The notes beneath the pieces are model-generated. The model was not told where the DNA came from. It saw only the letters and a list, made by a program, of their open reading frames with translations, and searched no databases. The translations under genes and the position numbers were made by a program. This document shows positions 48,990 to 63,126 of a stretch of 64,000 nucleotides of DNA, one piece after another. Positions within the stretch are counted from its first letter, which is position 1. Every line of letters begins with the position of its first letter. The DNA is from Nemertoderma westbladi (taxonomy: Eukaryota > Animalia > Xenacoelomorpha), in NCBI GenBank assembly GCA_032718475.1, contig JAUCBJ010005785.1, forward strand, positions 1 through 64,000, in the 5' to 3' direction.

Positions 48990-49490
48990 AAATTGAAAAC
49001 GGACGTTTGCTTAATGTACCGCGTAACGATAAATTATGCCAGCTCTGTAATGTCCAAGAAGTGGAGGATGAATACCACTTTGTACTTAAATGTCCGCTCT
49101 ATCATGATCTACGCATTACATTTTTGGCAGTAAGATATCATAGAAATCCTTCATTGGTCAATTTTCTTGAACTCCTCAGTCTGACGGCGGATTGCAAAAT
49201 TAAGCAGTTTGGTGTGTTTTTATACCACGCCTTTAAATTACGACTGGAGGCTAAAACCTAGTTAGTATTACGTGTGTTGAATGTTTGTGGTGTGAGTGAG
49301 AATGTGTTGGAAGTTCTACGGTTTAGATTGTTATTATATATATAATATATATTATGTTCCTACTTTATGTACTGGGTTCATCTATTTATTTATTTTCTAA
49401 ATGTATATGTACTCCGGTATTGTAGCGTGCAGTTGGTAATACTTTGCTCTCAACAATAGCCTTAATTGGCTTGTGATTAAAAATAAACAA
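48990..49490 (+). mobile_element. Non-LTR retrotransposon 3' end (RTEX-like C-terminal CCHC finger and 3' UTR)
   Basis: GRLLNVPRNDKLCQLC..VEDEYHFVLKCPLY..LR; TG-rich 3' UTR ending in AATAAA. Confidence 0.75.
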
Positions 49491-50460
49491 ACCAAGAAAT
49501 CCATCAGATTTAACAGCACTGCAAATCATTGAAACCATGTTATTGAAGTTTTGGAATGACTTCGAAATGACTAAAAACTACCGCGATTCAAAGAAAATTA
49601 TTTTTAATAATTACAGTATGTACTGTAGCAAGATTAAAGATTACTTCTTATAAATTGCATCATTACGTTTATTTTATTCACTTTGTATTTCTTAACAATA
49701 TTAGAAAGCCCGCAAGCTGGCTGGAAGGAGCCCGGGGGAAAAATAACTATGTCAGTCAGCAGTAAGTAAACTAAAATTGTCTAAACTGCAAGGCGTGAGG
49801 CTAGCTGACTTTGTGGCTCGCCCCACATAATAAAAAATGCAACTTAGCTACCACTAACAAAAATATATTATGAAGCAAATAATTTCATTATCAAGCACGT
49901 TTACAAGATATAAGATACGATTACCAAATATTTATAAAAAATTCCCATGATGGACAACCAGATAAATAACAACGATTAGAGCCAAATAACAAATTTAGTT
50001 TCCTTCTATAGGTATCGCCCCGTCGTCAAGCGGAATATCTCTTCCCAGTGAATCCTATGTGAATATGTAATATAGGTATTCCTGCTAAGTTAGGCAGTAG
50101 GCCAGAGCGGGCTCCTTAAATACATGCAACTACTGTATTATAGTGTAGATCAACTATAAAACATAGGCAAACCACAGTGAGTAACAACTGCAATAGGACA
50201 CAACACACTGCTTTGTGTAACTAAAATTCATTCTCCTGATCCACCCCTTAACATAGCAGAGTGAGTAACCTTATTGTAGATATACCCTTAGGAAGCACTG
50301 GGAGAGCAATCAGCTTATGGGGTAATACATTAGAAACCAACAGCTTATGTGTGAGTAAACATTGCCTTTCCTTATAGCCTACTAGTAAAACTTGGCAACC
50401 AACACGTTTTACTATGACTGTGTATAACATATTAAGCCATATTTCATCATGAACACCTAT

Positions 50461-50559
50461 ATTTATTATCCTGATATTTTGTTATTTTTCCGGAACAGGA
50501 AAGTTCCTGTTCCTCGGGTTAAAATAACCGGAAAATAACAAAATATCAGGGTAATAAAT
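50461..50559. repeat. Short hairpin/inverted repeat
   Basis: ATTTATTATCCTGATATTTTGTTATTTT..CCGG mirrored by CCGGAAAATAACAAAATATCAGGGTAATAAAT. Confidence 0.75.
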
Positions 50560-51088
50560 GTGTTGTTACCAACTAATCTCGGAAAAAATAACCAACTACA
50601 TCATGTTTATATCAAGAAGCCACTATTAATTTACAATATACCAAACCCATCCAGATACCCTAGATTTCTAAAAGGGTTTTGTTTGGGGGTAGAAATATAA
50701 AAATGGGGCTTGGAAATTTTGGGGGGAGACACTAATTACAAATTATTAAATAACACGAGCGGCCAAGGCATAAAATAAATAAATAACATGAGCGGGCCTA
50801 TGCCTAACAATTTCCCCCTGGCGGGTAAACTGGAATAAAGTAAAAAAAACAAATAAATATAATAGATTAAATAATAAAGTAATATAGAATAAATGATGGA
50901 AAATACTAGAATTTATTTCCATTCCACAGTATGTATAGGTAACACGATGATAGTGATGGGAGTCTACTCGGGACAGCTGAGAGCGTTACATCGTGTGGAA
51001 TTGGGTGAGACACAATGTAGACAGAACCATTCGTGTGAGAATAGGTGAATGTAGGCTTACCATACTGTATACGATGTACGAATTTAAC

Positions 51089-51266
51089 TTAAGAATAAAC
51101 TTACGTATTTCAGTATATGAGAAAAAAGTAGAACATTTTGTTTCTCAATATTCTCTCAACCCTTTATTAACCTCGCTGAAGCTCGGTAAATAAAATGCCT
51201 CGAGAATAACGAAAAAAAGTTCTACTTTTTTTCCCATGTACCTAATAAATAATTATTTATTCTTAA
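51089..51266. mobile_element. Small MITE-like inverted repeat
   Basis: TTAAGAATAAA..GAAAAAAGTAGAAC mirrored by GTTCTACTTTTTT..TTTATTCTTAA. Confidence 0.5.
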
Positions 51267-52697
51267 ATTGTTACTTTTGCGCCCGAATTTAGATCAAAAT
51301 CTGGAGAAAATATTTAACTTTTTTTCCTGGCGAAAAAAGTAAAATATAATATTTTTGGTGGAATTTCTTAAATTGTATTACCGTTGTACCGGTACCGTAC
51401 GTAGTTCTACAGCATTGTGCATGTGCAGTATGTAAACCTACGTTATTTACAACTGGTAGGTACAAGTCTGTCTGTCTGGTACGTTCGTCTTTACAGTAGA
51501 ATCGTAGAAACTGTAAGAGAATGTGTAGAGAATGGTATTCCTGCCATGATCAGGATGCTGCTGTCCATAATTGTCAAATACCGAAAGTAAAAGATCTCTG
51601 AGTAGGCTGAATTGAGTGTGCAATCTGAACTTGTAGTGTAGGCCTACCAGTACTGCATTTCCCGTTTAGTTTGCCAGTACCGGTACATTAAATTATTGCC
51701 CAATATGCTCTGTTCTGTAGGCGTACCGGTCAGGTAGGTTTTGTAGTTGCAAGGCAGTGATGTGATTGAGACATTAAAGGAAGCTGTGGTACCACTACCG
51801 GTACTGTACGATGCATGCAGTCAGTCTACCTACAATCTGAACTGAAAACATACCATAGGCCTACGATAGTCTTATTCTTATAACTTTCACTTTCACTCAT
51901 GTTAGTAAAGGTAACCGGTACCCTAAGCTAACTAATGTATTCACAACACGGCAAACAGGCATAAATATAATTTCAACATGCAGATTGCAGATACCGGAGT
52001 GTTGAAAAATAAATGTGTTATTTTTTCCTAGGACTAAAATAACACTATTTTTAGATAGGTTATCATTGCGATTGTGTTATTTTTTCCGGGATTGGTTGGT
52101 AACAACAGCTGTTATTTTACCATTGCTTTTAATTTCGCGACAAAATAATGTCAAAAAACTAAATATATCGAATACCACACATATAATCGATCTGAAATTT
52201 TGTAACGCGATTATGAACCACCAAAGCAATGTACTTGCAAAATTTCATCAAAATCGCCAGGCAGGAAGTGCCTGAACTTGGATAATTATCAGTCAGTGTT
52301 AAATATCCTGAGATTTTTACAGAAAGTATCCCTGAGATTCTTACAGTAAGTATCCCGCTGTCAAGCGGGCTCCTAATTACGTAAGTAAACATGGCTTAAA
52401 CAATGGCATTTACAGTATTTAACAAATTTGTATAATACTTTATATGCTGAGCGAGATAATTAGTTTACCCACAAATTCCGATCTAAGTCATTGTCGGTTT
52501 ATCTGAAGCGATTGGTTGAGTTGACGTTCAATATGGTTAAGATCGAAATTTCTGGGCAAAAACCTCAAACGTTGACATACCTAAGGTAGCTCAGCCTAAG
52601 GCTGTATCATCTACTGTACAGTATTTGCTCAAGTATTACTTTTAATATTTTATATTCTGCATCCACTTAAACTAATATAAATATATTGTTATTTCAG

Positions 52698-52791
52698 GCA
52701 TTCTATTTATTAGTACGGCGCGTCGTTAAAGTTGCTAACAAAATCCTCGACTCTGATGGAGAGCGTTCTTTACTATCTGAGCACACAATTG
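52698..52791 (+). CDS. ZZEF1: ZZEF1-like protein, internal exon B
   Basis: TTTCAG|GCA..AFYLLVRRVVKVANKILDSDGERSLLSEHTI G|GTAGGT. Phase 1 joins CT at 61627 to give Ala. Confidence 0.68.
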
Positions 52792-55700
52792 GTAGGTTTA
52801 TTATGAGGCAGACACACAATTGGTAGGTTTATTATGAGGCAGACACACAATTGGTATGTTTATTATGAGGCAGACACACAATTAGTAGGTTTATTATGAG
52901 GCAGACACACAATTGGTAGGTTTATTATGAGGCAGACACACAATTGGTATGTTTATTATGAGGCAGACACACAATTGGTAGGTTTATTATGAGGCAGACA
53001 CACAATTAGTAGGTTTATTATGAGGCAGACACACAATTGGTATGTTTATTATGAGGCAGACACACAATAGGTAGGTTTATTATGAGGCAGACACACAATT
53101 GATAGGTTTATTATGAGGCAGACACACAATTGGAAGGTTTATTATGAGGCAGACACACAATTGGTATGTTTATTATGAGGCAGACACACAATAGGTAGGT
53201 TTATTATGAGGCAGACACACAATTGATAGGTTTATTATGAGGCAGACACACAATTGGAAGGTTTATTATGAGGCAGACACACAATTGGTAGGTTTATTAT
53301 GAGGCAGACACACAATTAGTAGGTTTATTATGAGGCAGACACACAATTGGTATGTTTATTATGAGGCAGACACACAATTGATAGGTTTATTATGAGGCAG
53401 ACACACAATTGGAAGGTTTATTATGAGGCAGACACACAATTGGTAGGTTTATTATGAGGCAGACACACAATTGGTAGGTTTATTATGAGGCAGACACACA
53501 ATTGGTATGTTTATTATGAGGCAGACACACAATTAGTAGGTTTATTATGAGGCAGACACACAATTGGTATGTTTATTATGAGGCAGACACACAATTGGTA
53601 GGTTTATTATGAGGCAGACACACAATTGGTAGGTTTATTATGAGGCAGACACACAATTGGTAGGTTTATTATGAGGCAGACACACAATTGGTAGGTTTAT
53701 TATGAGGCAGACACACAATTAGTAGGTTTATTATGAGGCAGACACACAATTGGTATGTTTATTATGAGGCAGACACACAATTGATAGGTTTATTATGAGG
53801 CAGACACACAATTGGAAGGTTTATTATGAGGCAGACACACAATTGGTAGGTTTATTATGAGGCAGACACACAATTGGAAGGTTTATTATGAGGCAGACAC
53901 ACAATTGGTAGGTTTATTATGAGGCAGACACACAATTGGTAGGTTTATTATGAGGCAGACACACAATTGGTAGGTTTATTATGAGGCAGACACACAATTG
54001 GTATGTTTATTATGAGGCAGACACACAATTGGTAGGTTTATTATGAGGCAGACACACAATTGGTAGGTTTATTATGAGGCAGACACACAATTGGTAGGTT
54101 TATTATGAGGCAGACACACAATTGGTAGGTTTATTATGAGGCAGACACACAATTGGTAGGTTTATTATGAGGCAGACACACAATTGGTATGTTTATTATG
54201 AGGCAGACACACAATTAGTAGGTTTATTATGAGGCAGACACACAATTGGTAGGTTTATTATGAGGCAGACACACAATAGGTAGGTTTATTATGAGGCAGA
54301 CACACAATTGGTATGTTTATTATGAGGCAGACACACAATTAGTAGGTTTATTATGAGGCAGACACACAATTGTTAGGTTTATTATGAGGCAGACACACAA
54401 TTGGTATGTTTATTATGAGGCAGACACACAATTGATAGGTTTATTATGAGGCAGACACACAATTGGAAGGTTTATTATGAGGCAGACACACAATTGGTAG
54501 GTTTATTATGAGGCAGACACACAATTGGTAGGTTTATTATGAGGCAGACACACAATTGGTATGTTTATTATGAGGCAGACACACAATTAGTAGGTTTATT
54601 ATGAGGCAGACACACAATAGGTAGGTTTATTATGAGGCAGACACACAATTGGTAGGTTTATTATGAGGCAGACACACAATTGATAGGTTTATTATGAGGC
54701 AGACACACAATTGGAAGGTTTATTATGAGGCAGACACACAATTGGTAGGTTTATTATGAGGCAGACACACAATTGGTAGGTTTATTATGAGGCAGACACA
54801 CAATTGGTATGTTTATTATGAGGCAGACACACAATTAGTAGGTTTATTATGAGGCAGACACACAATTGGTAGGTTTATTATGAGGCAGACACACAATAGG
54901 TAGGTTTATTATGAGGCAGACACACAATTGGTATGTTTATTATGAGGAAGACACACAATTGGTAGGTTTATTATGAGGCAGACACACAATTGGTATGTTT
55001 AATATGGGGCAGACACACAATTGCTAGGTTTATTATGAGGCAGACACACAATTGTTAGGTTTATTATGAGGCAGACACACAATTGGTAGGTTTATTATGA
55101 GGCAGACACACAATTGGTAGGTTTATTATGAGGCAGACACACGATTGGTAGGTTTATTATGAGGCAGACACACAATTGGTAGGTTTATTGTGAGGCAGAC
55201 ACACAATTGTTAGGTTTATTATGAGGCAGACACACAATTGCTAGGTTTATTATGAGGCAGACACACAATTGGTAGGTTTATTGTGAGGCAGACACACAAT
55301 TGGTATGTTTATTATGAGGCAGACACACAATTGGTAGGTTTATTATGAGGCAGACATACAATTGGTAGGTTTATTGTGAGGCAGACACACAATTGGTATG
55401 TTTGTTATGAGGCAGACACACAATTGGTAGGTTTATTATGAGGCAGACACACAATTGGTAGGTTTATTATGAGGCAGGCTCACAATTGGTAGGTTTATTA
55501 TGAGTCAGACACACAATTGGTAGGTTTATTATGAGGCAGACACACAATTGGTAGGTTTATTATGAGGCAGACACACAATTGTTAGGTTTATTATGAGGCA
55601 GACACACTATAGGTAGTTTTATTATGAGGCAGACACACAATTGGTAGGTTTATTATGAGGCAGACACACAATTGTTAGTTTTATTATGAGGCAGACACAC

Positions 55701-58700
55701 TATTAATTGGTAGGGTTATTATGAGGCAGACACACAATTGTTAGGTTTATTATGAAGCAGACACACAATTGGAAGGTTTATTATGAGGCAGACACACAAT
55801 TGTTAGTTTTATTATTAGGCAGACACACTATTAATTGCTAGGGTTATTATGAGGCAGACACACAATTGGTAGGTTTATTATGAGGCAGACACACAATTGG
55901 TATGTTTATTATGAGGCAGACACACAATTGGTAGGTTTATTATGAGGCAGACACACAATTGGTACGTTTATTATGAGGCAGACACACAATTGGTAGGTTT
56001 ATTATGAGGCAGACACACAATTGGTAGGTTTATTATGAGGCAGACACACAATTGGTAGGTTTATTATGAGGCAGACACACAATTGGTATGTTTATTATGA
56101 GGCAGACACACAATTGGTAGGTTTATTATGAGGCAGACACACAATTGGTAGGTTTATTATGAGGCAGACACACTATAGGTAGGTTTATTATGAGGCAGAC
56201 ACACTATTGGTAGGTTTATTATGAGGCAGACACACAATTGTTAGTTTTATTATGAGGCAGACACACAATTGGTAGGTTTATTATGAGGCAGACACACAAT
56301 TGTTAGTTTTATTATGAGGCAGACACACAATTGGTAGGTTTATTATGAGGCAGACAACACATTGGTAGGTTTATTATGAGGCAGACACACAATTGGTATG
56401 TTTATTATGCGGCAGACACACAATTGGTAGGTTTATTATGAGGCAGACACACAATTGGTAGGTTTATTATGAGGCAGACACACAATTGGTAGGTTTATTA
56501 TGAGGCAGACACACAATTGGTAGGTTTATTATGAGGCAGACACACTATAGGTAGGTTTATTATGAGGCAGACACACAATTGGTAGGTTTAATATGAGGCA
56601 GACACACAATTGGTAGGTTTATTATGAGGCAGACAACACATTGGTAGGTTTATTATGAGGCAGACACACAATTGGTATGTTTATTATGCGGCAGACACAC
56701 AATTGGTAGGTTTATTATGAAGCAGACACACAATTGGTAGGATTATTATGAGGCAGACACACTATAGGTAGGTTTATTATGAGGCATACACACTATTGGT
56801 AGGTTTATTATGAGGTAGACACACAATTGTTAGTTTTATTATGAGGCAGACACACAATTGGTAGGTTTATTAAGAGGCAGACACACAATTGTTAGTTTTA
56901 TTATGAGGCAGACACACAATTGGTAGGTTTATTATGAGGCAGACACACAATTGGTAGGTTTATTATGAGGCAGACACATAATTGGTAGGTTTATTATGAG
57001 GCAAGCTCACAATAGGTAGGTTTATTATGAGGCAGACACACAATTGGTAGGTTTATTGTGAGGCAGACACACAATTGGTAGGTTTATTATGAGGCAGACA
57101 CACAATTGGTAGGTTTATTATGAGGCAGACACACAATTGGTAGGTTTATTGTGAGGCAGACACACAATTGGTAGGTTTATTATGAGGCAGACACACAATT
57201 GGTATGTTTATTATGAGGCAGACACACAATTGGTAGGTTTATTATGAGGCAGACACACAATTGGTATGTTTATTATGAGGCAGGCACACAATTGGTAGGT
57301 TTATTATGAGGCAGACACACAATTGGTAGGTTTATTTTGAGGCAGACACACAATTGGTAGGTTTATTGTGAGGCAGACACACAATTGGTAGGTATATTAT
57401 GAGGCAGACACACAATTGGCAGTTTATTATGAGGCAGACACACAATTGGTAGGTTTATTATGAGGCAGACACACAATTGGTAGGTTTATTATGAGGCAGA
57501 CACACAATTGGTAGGTTTATTATGAGGCAGACACACAATTGGTAGGTTTATTATGAGGCAGACACACAATTGGTAGGTTTATTATGAGGCAGACACACCA
57601 TAGGTAGGTTTATTATAGGCAGACACACAATTGGTAGGTTTATTATGAGGCAGACACACAATTGGTAGGTTTATTGTGAGGCAGACACACAATTGGTAGG
57701 TTTATTATGAGGCAGACACATAATTGGTAGGTTTATTTATGAGGCACACACACCATAGGTAGGTTTATTATGAGGCAGACACACAATTGGTAGGTTTATT
57801 ATGAGGCAGACACACAATTGGTAGGTTTATTATGAGGCAGACACACAATTGGTAGGTTTATTTATGAGGCACACACACCATAGGTAGGTTTATTATGAGG
57901 CAGACACACAATTGGTAGGTTTATTATGAGGCAGACACACAATTGGTAGGTTTATTGTGAGGCAGACACACAATTGGTAGGTTTATTATGAGGCAGACAC
58001 ATAATTGGTAGGTTTATTTATGAGGCACACACACCATAGGTATGTTTATTATGAGGCAGACACACAATTAGTAGGTTTATTATGAGGCAGACGCACAATT
58101 GGTAGGTTTATTATGATGCAGACACACAATTGGTAGGTTTATTATGAGGCAGACACACAATTGGTAGGTTTATTATGAGTCAGACACACAATTGGTAGGT
58201 TTATTATGAGGCAGACACACAATTGGTAGGTTTATTATGAGGCAGACACACAATTGGTAGGTTTATTATGAGGCAGACACACAATTGGTAGGTTTATTAT
58301 GAGGCAGGCTAACAATTGGTAGGTTTATTATGAGGCAGACACACAATTGGTAGGTTTATTATGAGGCAGACACACAATTGGTAGGTTTATTATGAGGCAG
58401 GCTCACATTTGGTAGGTTTATTGTGAGGCAGACACACAATTGGTAGGTTTATTATGAGGCAGACACACAATTGGTAGGTTTATTATGAGGCAGGCTCACA
58501 TTTGGTAGGTTTATTGTGAGGCAGACACACAATTGGTAGGTTTATTATGAGGCAGACACACAATTGGTAGGTTTATTATGAGGCAGACACACAATTGGTA
58601 GGTTTATTATGAGGCAGGCTCACATTTGGTAGGTTTATTGTGAGGCAGACACACAATTGGTAGGTTTATTATGAGGCAGACACACTATAGGTAGGTTTAT

Positions 58701-59017
58701 TATAAGGCAGACACACAATTGGTAGGTGTATTATGAGGCAGACACACTATTGGTAGGTTTATTATGAGGCAGACACACAATTGGTAGGTTTATTATGCTT
58801 CAGACACATAATTGGTAGGTTTATTATGAGGCAGACACACAATAGGTAGGTTTATTATGAGGCAGACACACAATAGGTAGGTTTATCATGAGGCAGACAC
58901 ACAATTGCTAGGTTTATTAAGAGGCAGACAACACTATTGGTAGGCTTATTATGAGGCAGACACACAATTGGTAGGCTTTTGATAGACGGATACACACTTG
59001 GTGGGTTTATTATGAGG
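52782..59017. repeat. Intronic satellite, 29-bp unit, about 215 copies (6.2 kb)
   Basis: Unit ACACACAATTGGTAGGTTTATTATGAGGCAG-type monomer with period 29; the first unit overlaps the end of exon B. Confidence 0.97.
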
Positions 59018-60051
59018 GCATATTATGCTCATCTTTCTTTGTTTCGGGAAATATTTACATACGTTGTTTATATATAATTTTCCATTATAAGATTATCAAC
59101 ATCAATTAAATATAAATAAACAAACACATTAGATTAATCTCGTAATAAATTTTACTTCAAAGTTTAAACATTAACTTTTAACACGTGTAATTTATTATAA
59201 TCTAAATATAATCCGCAGATACGCCATATTTAGGGTGAGACTTTATAGTGTCATTTTGCAACAGACCTACAGTATCTGAGCAGCACACTGTAAATAAAGT
59301 GCTACTTTACACACCAAGTATGAATTAATAATAACCATTAATTAGTCCATCCCATCCTTGAAACGAACGCGTTTTGGATAAGTTCCTGTCGCCAGTTTAA
59401 TTTATCCTGAAGGGCTGCGTGAGAGCTGGGGGCGGTTGAGGTGCCTCGTTTGCGTAAACAACTCCGTAACTCAATACAAACATGACGATTAAAAGCAACA
59501 CAGCTTTGATATAGTTTACCATATTCGATTCCATAATACGTGATGGACGAATGTTATATATAATTTAAATAAAATTTATTGATAATAATATGTATGCAGA
59601 TTATATTGCTTTTATAATAAATATAAAAGACACGATAGCTTGGTGGTTTTATTTATACAATAAAATTGAAAGTGAGACCGAGTTTCCACTGAATAAACGA
59701 TATATAAATACTTTACTTTGGCGGCTTTATCTCATTATGTAATGAATCAGTAAATTACAAAATACTTTGCATCCAATTAAATTACCATTATCTTATTTAT
59801 CAAATTCAAAAAATAGTTAAAAAGCTTTTAAAAACTTTTAATGGACAATTATTTTGAATAATCATGTTCATTGATAGTATATCGATTTCTTTTATCGGTT
59901 TTCAAATCTGTAGAAATTACTTCTGAAATAATTATGTTTGGATCGGAATGTATTTCGTAGGAATGTATTAACCCACACTACTTCCTTTGTGAGCAACATA
60001 GCTCCATAGTCATAATAAAATGCACAGCATGTTCTGTAAGGTGGTAGGTTG

Positions 60052-60856
60052 CTCCCAAAATATACAACAAAATGATTCTATATAGAATTAGGCCTCACAT
60101 AGAGAAACTGCTGCCTAAGATCCAAAACAGATTTCGACCAAATAGATCAACAATAACTCAGATACTTGCACTACAGAGACTAATTGAAGGGATTAAGTCA
60201 AAGGATCTCCCCGCAGTCATGACTTTTGTGGACTTCAAGAAGGCATTCGACTCCATCCATAGAGGTAAAATGCTGGAAATCCTAAGAGCTTATGGAATAC
60301 CCGAAGTAATTTTCGTTGGCATTGGATTGTTATATTGTGACACAGAAGATCAGGTATACTCTTACCAGATGGTGAAACTGAGTTCTTCTCAATCCTGGCT
60401 GGCGTACTGCAAGGTGACACATTGGCGCCATTACTATTCGTAATTGTACTGGATTACGCAATGAGGATGGCCACAAAGAGTGAAGATTTCGGATTCACAC
60501 TACAAGAACGCAGATGAAGTAGATATCCGGTAACTACAGTCACAGACACCGACTTTGCGCATGACATCGCCCTGCTCTCTAATACGCTAGCAGATGCACA
60601 GCTTCTACTGAATAATGTGGAGAGGGCTGCTAAGGAGGTTGTATTGTATATAAATGCTACCAAGACCGAATTCATGACTTTTTATGTTGATGGAAACTTG
60701 ACAAGAATTGAAAATAATCAGCTAAGGGAGGTTGACGACTTCCAGTACCTTGTGTCATGGATAGAGAGTAGCGAAAAAGACATAGAAGTGTCATGGATAG
60801 AGAGTAGAAAAAAAAAGACATAGAAGTTAGGAAAGCAAAGGCATGGGTAGCTCTAT
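60052..60856 (+). mobile_element. RTE LINE RT fragment, second subfamily, degenerate
   Basis: FVDFKKAFDSIHRGKMLEILRAYGIP, GVLQGDTLAP, DFAHDIALLS; frameshifts and a stop. Confidence 0.9.
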
Positions 60857-61626
60857 CAACAAGCGCGAAATCGCGCAAAGGTCCGCGTCTACTAACGCAT
60901 TACTGTTAGTTATATTTTAGAAGTTAGTAATAATGTCATCATGTAATCATAGTCTTTTGTTCGTTATGAAATTATACGATATCTGTTAAGTTAGTACATA
61001 TCTGCAAAAGTTTCATCAGTATTTTTAAAAGAAACGTTCTTTCTATCAATGGATTGTATAACGCAATTGTTTTTAAGTTCTGTAACATTATGCTATTGTA
61101 CAAGAATAACGATGTCATTGTGAAATAATACATTTTATATAAAAGCGATGGTTCGTTTGAAGACATATGGGACATCTGCGGGAATGTACTAATCTGGAAC
61201 ATTTCTGCAAAAGGAAACTGTAGCTTAATATGTATTTATAATATGTATTATGTTTATTGTTACTTTAATTATTTTTAGAAATACAAGTGTTTTTTTAAAT
61301 AACCTTGTTTTGTTGTAAATAAGGTACACAGTGGTTTAATACCTTTGAATGGCTGCTAAGCTATATTTCATATATTTACCCTCGAATGCATTAAATGCTG
61401 GGAAATATTTGCCTCCAGTTGTAGACATTAGAATGACGTCATGTGATATTTAGTACGACAGTGGTTACATACTGGACATACATCGTAAACGTATGGGCTG
61501 GAGTAGGGACATACTGATAAATAATGTCGCACTGCGATATATAATATGTCGTTATTTGGCAGTGTGAAATGTTTTCGAATAAATTAAATATATTCTTGGT
61601 TTTTTTTATCTTACCTTTATTTTTAG

Positions 61627-61808
61627 CTCTGATACTTCATTTGTTGTGCATTGTATGGAAACCTAAGGATATGGGGCTGATTTGTGATATTGAGTTGCCG
61701 GAGTTGCTACTAAAGAGCTCGCTGCTCGGAATAGGTCCTTCCGCCGACTCCAAGAACTACTCGGCCCTCGACCATAGAACCAATCGACCCTACTTGAACA
61801 ATGAAACG
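61627..61808 (+). CDS. ZZEF1: ZZEF1-like protein, internal exon C
   Basis: TTTTAG|CT..ALILHLLCIVWKPKDMGLICDIELPELLLKSS..NET|GTGAGT; resembles the recalled ZZEF1 segment ALLHLLDMGWEPND..DIQLPDLL. Confidence 0.75.
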
Positions 61809-61997
61809 GTGAGTTTTTATATATTTCTGAACCGAGCGAATAATTAATTAGTACGTAATTACTTTATTATGTATAATAATTGGTACGCAATAAACTGTTC
61901 TTAAGAATCACAGACTTCTGACTCACCCCTCAGAAACAATGTGTTGAACAGTTATAAAAGTGTAAAAGTATTATCCTTTTCCATTTATATGCTTTAG

Positions 61998-62102
61998 GAA
62001 TTAGAGTCACAAAGCCGACATCTGGCTTGGTTGGAGCAGGCCAAGGGGTCCTTCTCCGATTGGTTTGGGGCCATAGAAGAATTATCTCCTGATGAAGCTA
62101 AG
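61998..62102 (+). CDS. ZZEF1: ZZEF1-like protein, internal exon D
   Basis: CTTTAG|GAA ELESQSRHLAWLEQAKGSFSDWFGAIEELSPDEAK|GTTGGT, phase 0-0, 105 bp. Confidence 0.72.
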
Positions 62103-62308
62103 GTTGGTGGCAAGATGGAGGTGTGTTGGGGGCGGGGTGGGGGGGGGTGGAATTATCAATGGTTTGGTATCTAGGGTGGGGTGTATCTGTGGTTTGGTAT
62201 AGGTATAAGTGGGGGGGGGGGGGGGGGGGGGGGGGGGTCTATGGCGTTTGGTTGGTAAATTGTATTGATAATTAATTGTAATTTACCAATCATTATTTAT
62301 TATTCTAG

Positions 62309-62453
62309 GATAGGCACTTTTTCGTATCTCGATTCGGCGATCAACTTCCTTGTAAGAGCAGTTGTAACAATTGTCTTTCGGACCTCAGGGATCGAACACG
62401 ATACCGTTGTTTGGACTGTAAGGATACGGACTTCTGTGGGAACTGTTTCACAA
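62309..62453 (+). CDS. ZZEF1: ZZEF1-like protein, internal exon E (ZZ-type zinc finger)
   Basis: TTCTAG|DRHFFVSRFGDQLPCKSSCNNC..RYRCLDCKDTDFCGNCFT A|GTAAGT; ZZ finger CxxC..RYRCxxCxDxDxCxxCF. Confidence 0.78.
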
Positions 62454-62609
62454 GTAAGTCATTGGGTTATCTCGTAAATATATATTGTAAAGTTATCTCC
62501 AGACTCATTCCTCTGTAGTCTTTCACTTCTGATTTCTCTTATTAATAACTTGGTACAATATCATTCAATCGATTATATTTCTGTGTTGGTGAGAAAAATA
62601 GACTCCCAG

Positions 62610-63126
62610 ATGTAAAGTAAAGAAAGTAAAGTAAAGTAAAGTAAAAGTAATGTAATGTAAAGTAAAGTAAAGTAAAGTAAAGTATAGTAATGTAATGTAA
62701 TGTAATGTAATAATGTAATGTAATAATGTAATGTAATGTAATGTAATAATGTAATGTAATGTAATAAGGTAATGTAATGTTATGTAATGTAATGCAATGC
62801 AATGCAATGTATTGTAATGTAATGTAATGAAATGTAATGCAATGTAATGTAATGTAATGTATGTAATGTAATGTAATAATGTAATGTAATGTATGTAATG
62901 TAATGTAATAATGTAATGTAATGTAAAGTAATGCAATGCAATGTAATGTAATGTAATGTAATGTAATGTAATGCAATGCAATGCAATGCAATGTAATGTA
63001 ACGTAATGTAAAGTAAAGTAATGTAATGTAATGTAATGTAATGTAATGTAATGTAATGTAATGTAAAGTAAAGTAAAGTAAAGCAATGTAATGTAATGGA
63101 TGTAATGTAATGTAATGTAATGTAAA
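62610..63126. repeat. (TGTAA)n/(AGTAA)n pentanucleotide microsatellite
   Basis: About 515 bp of GTAAT/GTAAA/GCAAT units. Confidence 0.95.

Noticed and set aside
52463-52585. Possible exon ..VKIEISGQKPQTLTYLR before exon B
   Set aside because: Its phase-2 donor is incompatible with exon B, and the phase-0 frame contains a TAA; exon A fits better.
16210-59017. CRISPR interpretation of the tandem arrays
   Set aside because: No unique spacers, no cas genes, eukaryotic context.
59219-59320. Possible micro-exons after the 29-bp satellite
   Set aside because: Exon B joins exon C directly in frame; these would need an implausibly short intron.
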